From the NCBI GenBank assembly GCA_041666205.1, contig JBAYHI010000005.1, positions 20,386 to 84,385 of the forward strand: 64,000 nucleotides of DNA, given 5' to 3'. The notes under the pieces were generated by a model, which did not search any database, was not told where the DNA came from, and worked only from the letters and a program-made list of their open reading frames with translations. Of this stretch, positions 61,070-64,000 are shown in pieces (the stretch's first letter is position 1; every line of letters begins with the position of its first letter). Source of the stretch: Patescibacteria group bacterium (GTDB lineage: Bacteria; Patescibacteriota; Patescibacteriia; UBA9934). Position numbers and translations under genes: made by a program.

Positions 61070-61079
61070 TGCGCTGTCC

Positions 61080-61253
61080 GTCATCCTGACCCCGCTGAGC
61101 GGGGGAAAGATCCCAAGAACCCATCGAGAGATTCTTCGCTAACGCTCAGAATGACGAAAGGAGAGAAGGAGGATGCAACGTCCACAACGAAAAAAGACGA
61201 AGCAATCCACACGAGTAGATTGCTTCGTCGGCAAATTACCTCCTCGCAATGAC
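61080..61253. repeat. Two RPE/REP-like palindromic elements
   Basis: GTCATCCTGA...TCAGAATGAC (61080-61155) and GACGAAGCAATC..GATTGCTTCGTC..CTCGCAATGAC (61196-61253). Confidence 0.65.
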
Positions 61254-61263
61254 AGAACAAAAA

Positions 61264-61599
61264 TTATGATTCAACGCCACTTTCCGTGGGATACCCGGCA
61301 TTTCGCCAGGCCATGAGGCCCCCAACGATGTGGCCAACCTTGGTGTACCCCGCTGCTTCGAGGATTTCCCCAGCCTTGCTTCCCTTCCCCAATTCGTCGA
61401 ATTCTCCAGTGACCACCGTTGGTAAATCCTTATCTTTGAGAAGCGCCGGATACTCTGCTTGAAATCCATCCATCGGAATATTGATGGCGCCTGGAATGTG
61501 ATTGTGCTGATACAAACGCGCTTCTTGTAAATCCACAATCACCATGGGAGATTCTTTCTCCATTTCGCTTTTGAGTTTTTCCGGGGTGATGTCCATCAT
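61264..61599 (-). CDS. Rhodanese-like domain protein (no Cys)
   Basis: HIPGAINIP, AGY..V....GG..AW. Confidence 0.88.
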   Translation of the reverse strand: MMDITPEKLKSEMEKESPMVIVDLQEARLYQHNHIPGAINIPMDGFQAEYPALLKDKDLPTVVTGEFDELGKGSKAGEILEAAGYTKVGHIVGGLMAWRNAGYPTESGVES

Positions 61600-61615
61600 A
61601 TGGACTCATGATAAC

Positions 61616-62821
61616 TTATTTTTTTGCTGCGTCCAATCGCTCCAGTGCAAGAATGAATGCTGCACGGCGAAGATCCACGCTATACTTCTCTTTGCGTGCC
61701 CAAACTTCGTTTGCGCTCTCGATCATAATTTTCTCAAGCTTCTCCCCAACTTCCGCTTCCGTCCACGTTGCACTGGTCATGTTTTGCTCCCACTCAAAGT
61801 AACTCACGGTAACGCCACCAGCGTTCACCAAAATGTCTGGCACAACCGGAATATTTTTCTGTACAAATACGTCGTCGGCCTCTGGCGTGGTTGGACCATT
61901 GGCAATTTCGAATACAACTTTTGCTTTGATGTTGCCTACATTCGCTGCCGTGAATTGATTTTCAAGCGCAGCTGGAACGAGCATATCGCACTCGAGTTCA
62001 AGAAGCGCTTCGTTGGTGATATTTGAGGCTCCTGGAAAATCCTGTACCCCGCCGGCCGTATCTTTGTGACTCTCAAGTGCGGCAATATCGAGGCCATCCG
62101 CATTAAAAATCCCGCCGCGAGAATCAGACACAGCAACAACCTTATATCCTTTCTTGTGCATGATCACGGCAAAAATTCTGCCAGCATTTCCAAATCCTTG
62201 CACAACAACTGTTTGTGGCCCGCCACCTGGGAACAAACGATCCTTGAGGGTTTCGAAAACCTGGAACGCGCCGTCAGCTGTTGCAGTTCCTCGCCCCAAA
62301 CTTCCCCCGTTTGCAATCGTTTTTCCCGTCACGACTGCTGGATGTCCAAACTCTGAAGCCACCCAGTCCATTTCTTGTGGCGTGGTATTTACGTCTGGCG
62401 CTGGCACGTCGATCTCTGGCCCGATCACGCCTTTCAAGGCTTTGGTCCAACCGCGTGTAAGACGCTCGAGTTCGCCCTCGGATAATTCTTTTGGATTCAC
62501 CGTGACGCCACCTTTTCCACCACCCATCGGAATTCCCACAACCGCTGTTTTCATGGTCATCCATGTTGCGAGCGCTTTCACTTCGTTGATATCAACGTTT
62601 TGGTGATAGCGAATTCCGCCCTTGAATGGTCCGCGCCAATTATTGTGCTGAATGCGATAGCCCTCAAACATGCGAAGCGTACCGTCGTCCATGGTGACCG
62701 GAATATTCACGCGAACTTCTCGCATGGTGTAGTGCAAACGTTCCAAGAACTCCCCCGTCATTTTTGCTGATTCTGCTGCCCGGTCGATTTGACGCAAGGC
62801 GTTTTCAAATGCATTTGCCAT
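61616..62821 (-). CDS. gdhA: Glu/Leu/Phe/Val dehydrogenase (probable glutamate dehydrogenase)
   Basis: KGGIRY, GGGKGG, VPAPD, QGFGNAG, NAGGVTVSYFEW. Confidence 0.9.
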   Translation of the reverse strand: MANAFENALRQIDRAAESAKMTGEFLERLHYTMREVRVNIPVTMDDGTLRMFEGYRIQHNNWRGPFKGGIRYHQNVDINEVKALATWMTMKTAVVGIPMGGGKGGVTVNPKELSEGELERLTRGWTKALKGVIGPEIDVPAPDVNTTPQEMDWVASEFGHPAVVTGKTIANGGSLGRGTATADGAFQVFETLKDRLFPGGGPQTVVVQGFGNAGRIFAVIMHKKGYKVVAVSDSRGGIFNADGLDIAALESHKDTAGGVQDFPGASNITNEALLELECDMLVPAALENQFTAANVGNIKAKVVFEIANGPTTPEADDVFVQKNIPVVPDILVNAGGVTVSYFEWEQNMTSATWTEAEVGEKLEKIMIESANEVWARKEKYSVDLRRAAFILALERLDAAKK

Positions 62822-62829
62822 AAGAATGA

Positions 62830-63753
62830 TTAATCATTTTTTGCTAAAAATCTCTCGCAATCAATCGCTGCCATACACCCAGTACCCGATGCCGTGATAG
62901 CTTGTCGATAGCTGTGATCTGTCACATCGCCACAGGCAAAAATTCCTGGCACCGATGTTTCCATACTCCCACATTGGTGAACAATGTACCCCACTGCATC
63001 GAGCTCAATTTTCCCCGCAAATAATTCTGTATTTGGTTTATGGCCAATTGCCACAAAACATCCTTGCGCATCGACCACGGTTTCTTCTTGCGTTTGCGAA
63101 TTCGTAAGAACAACGCGCTCAAGCGTTTGTGTGCCTTGGAATTCTTTTACTTGTGAATTCCAAATGAAAGAGATCTTTTCGTTTTTTTCAGCACGCTCAA
63201 TCATCGGCTTTGAAGCCGAGAGCACATCTTTGCGTACAACGATCGTAACTTTACTTGCATAGCGCGTGAGATACGTTGCCTCTTCGAGTGCAGCATCTCC
63301 CCCACCAACCACAACCACATGTTTATCGCGGAAGAAAAATCCGTCGCACGTGGCGCACGCGGAAATCCCGCGACCCTTGAGTTCGTTTTCTCCTGGAACC
63401 CCAAGCCAACGCGCTGAAGCGCCCGTTGCAATGATGATCGAATGTGTTTGATACGTCGTGCTCGCAGTCTTCACAGTGAATGGACGCGACGTGACATCAA
63501 CTTCCGTGACACGATCTGCCACAATTTCTGTGCCGTATTTTTTTGCCTGGCGTTCCATATTCTGCATAAGCGCTGCACCCAAAATCCCGTCGTCTTCGCC
63601 TGGCCAATTTTCGACGGTCGTGGTTGTAATGAGTTGCCCACCGGGTTCACCGCCGGCAATGAGGAGTGGAGAAAGTTGCGCGCGGCCCGTATAAATCCCT
63701 GCCGTATAGCCAGCAGGTCCCGAGCCAATGATGATAACGTTTTTGATGTCCAT
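62830..63753 (-). CDS. trxB: Thioredoxin reductase
   Basis: GSGPAG, CATC, GGGDAA, RQAIT. Confidence 0.97.
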   Translation of the reverse strand: MDIKNVIIIGSGPAGYTAGIYTGRAQLSPLLIAGGEPGGQLITTTTVENWPGEDDGILGAALMQNMERQAKKYGTEIVADRVTEVDVTSRPFTVKTASTTYQTHSIIIATGASARWLGVPGENELKGRGISACATCDGFFFRDKHVVVVGGGDAALEEATYLTRYASKVTIVVRKDVLSASKPMIERAEKNEKISFIWNSQVKEFQGTQTLERVVLTNSQTQEETVVDAQGCFVAIGHKPNTELFAGKIELDAVGYIVHQCGSMETSVPGIFACGDVTDHSYRQAITASGTGCMAAIDCERFLAKND

Positions 63754-63795
63754 ATATTTCTCACGATACTCGCCTCCCCGCCGAGTCGCAATGTG

Positions 63796-64000
63796 CTAGA
63801 GAAGTTTTGTAATTTTATCTTTCAAGGCTTCTTTGCTCATTGAGCCTGAAAATTGCTCAAGCACTTGTCCGCCTTTAAAAATCAAGAATGTTGGAATCGA
63901 CAAAATATTGAATTGACGCGCTAAATCGGGTTGCTCGTCTACGTTCACTTTCCCAAAAACCGCCTCGCTCATTTCCGCTTCAAGTTCCTCCACAAGCGGA
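63796..64000 (-). CDS. trxA: Thioredoxin, 5'-truncated by the window edge
   Basis: KVNVDE, SIPT, adjacent to trxB; CxxC lies outside the window. Confidence 0.88.
   Translation of the reverse strand, partial: PLVEELEAEMSEAVFGKVNVDEQPDLARQFNILSIPTFLIFKGGQVLEQFSGSMSKEALKDKITKLL

Overview
Chromosomal window from a small-genome bacterium using genetic code 11. It is most likely Patescibacteria/CPR, inferred from rpmD missing between rpsE and rplO, a short GAD-less AspRS, and mostly A-rich translation starts without a Shine-Dalgarno (SD) site. Most of it is housekeeping: the str-S10-spc ribosomal cluster (rpsL to secY, adk, map), hisS, aspS, leuS, der, pth, dprA, topA, rel, parAB, scpAB, recO, murA, ndk, a split comEC, ugd, gdh, trxB/trxA, a MacAB-like ABC exporter and four tRNAs. 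Six accessory features stand out. (1) An AT-rich four-gene operon at the left edge encodes a MazG-like pyrophosphatase, a DUF2075 nuclease-helicase, a stand-alone CHAT caspase-like protease and an unannotated helical ORF, and is a candidate anti-phage system. (2) A RAYT transposase carries an in-frame REP palindrome, and two copies of a hairpin-rich element with an identical 87-bp core lie 48 kb apart. (3) Three GC-rich micro membrane-protein genes form a cassette-like array separated by a repeated terminator+promoter module, and a GC-rich PP2C gene is packaged similarly. (4) A ~264-nt structured RNA candidate lies between ndk and murA. (5) A 270-nt structured spacer splits rpsJ from rplC. (6) Two solo GIY-YIG genes each sit just behind a tRNA. 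All calls come from motif recognition by eye; no searches were run.
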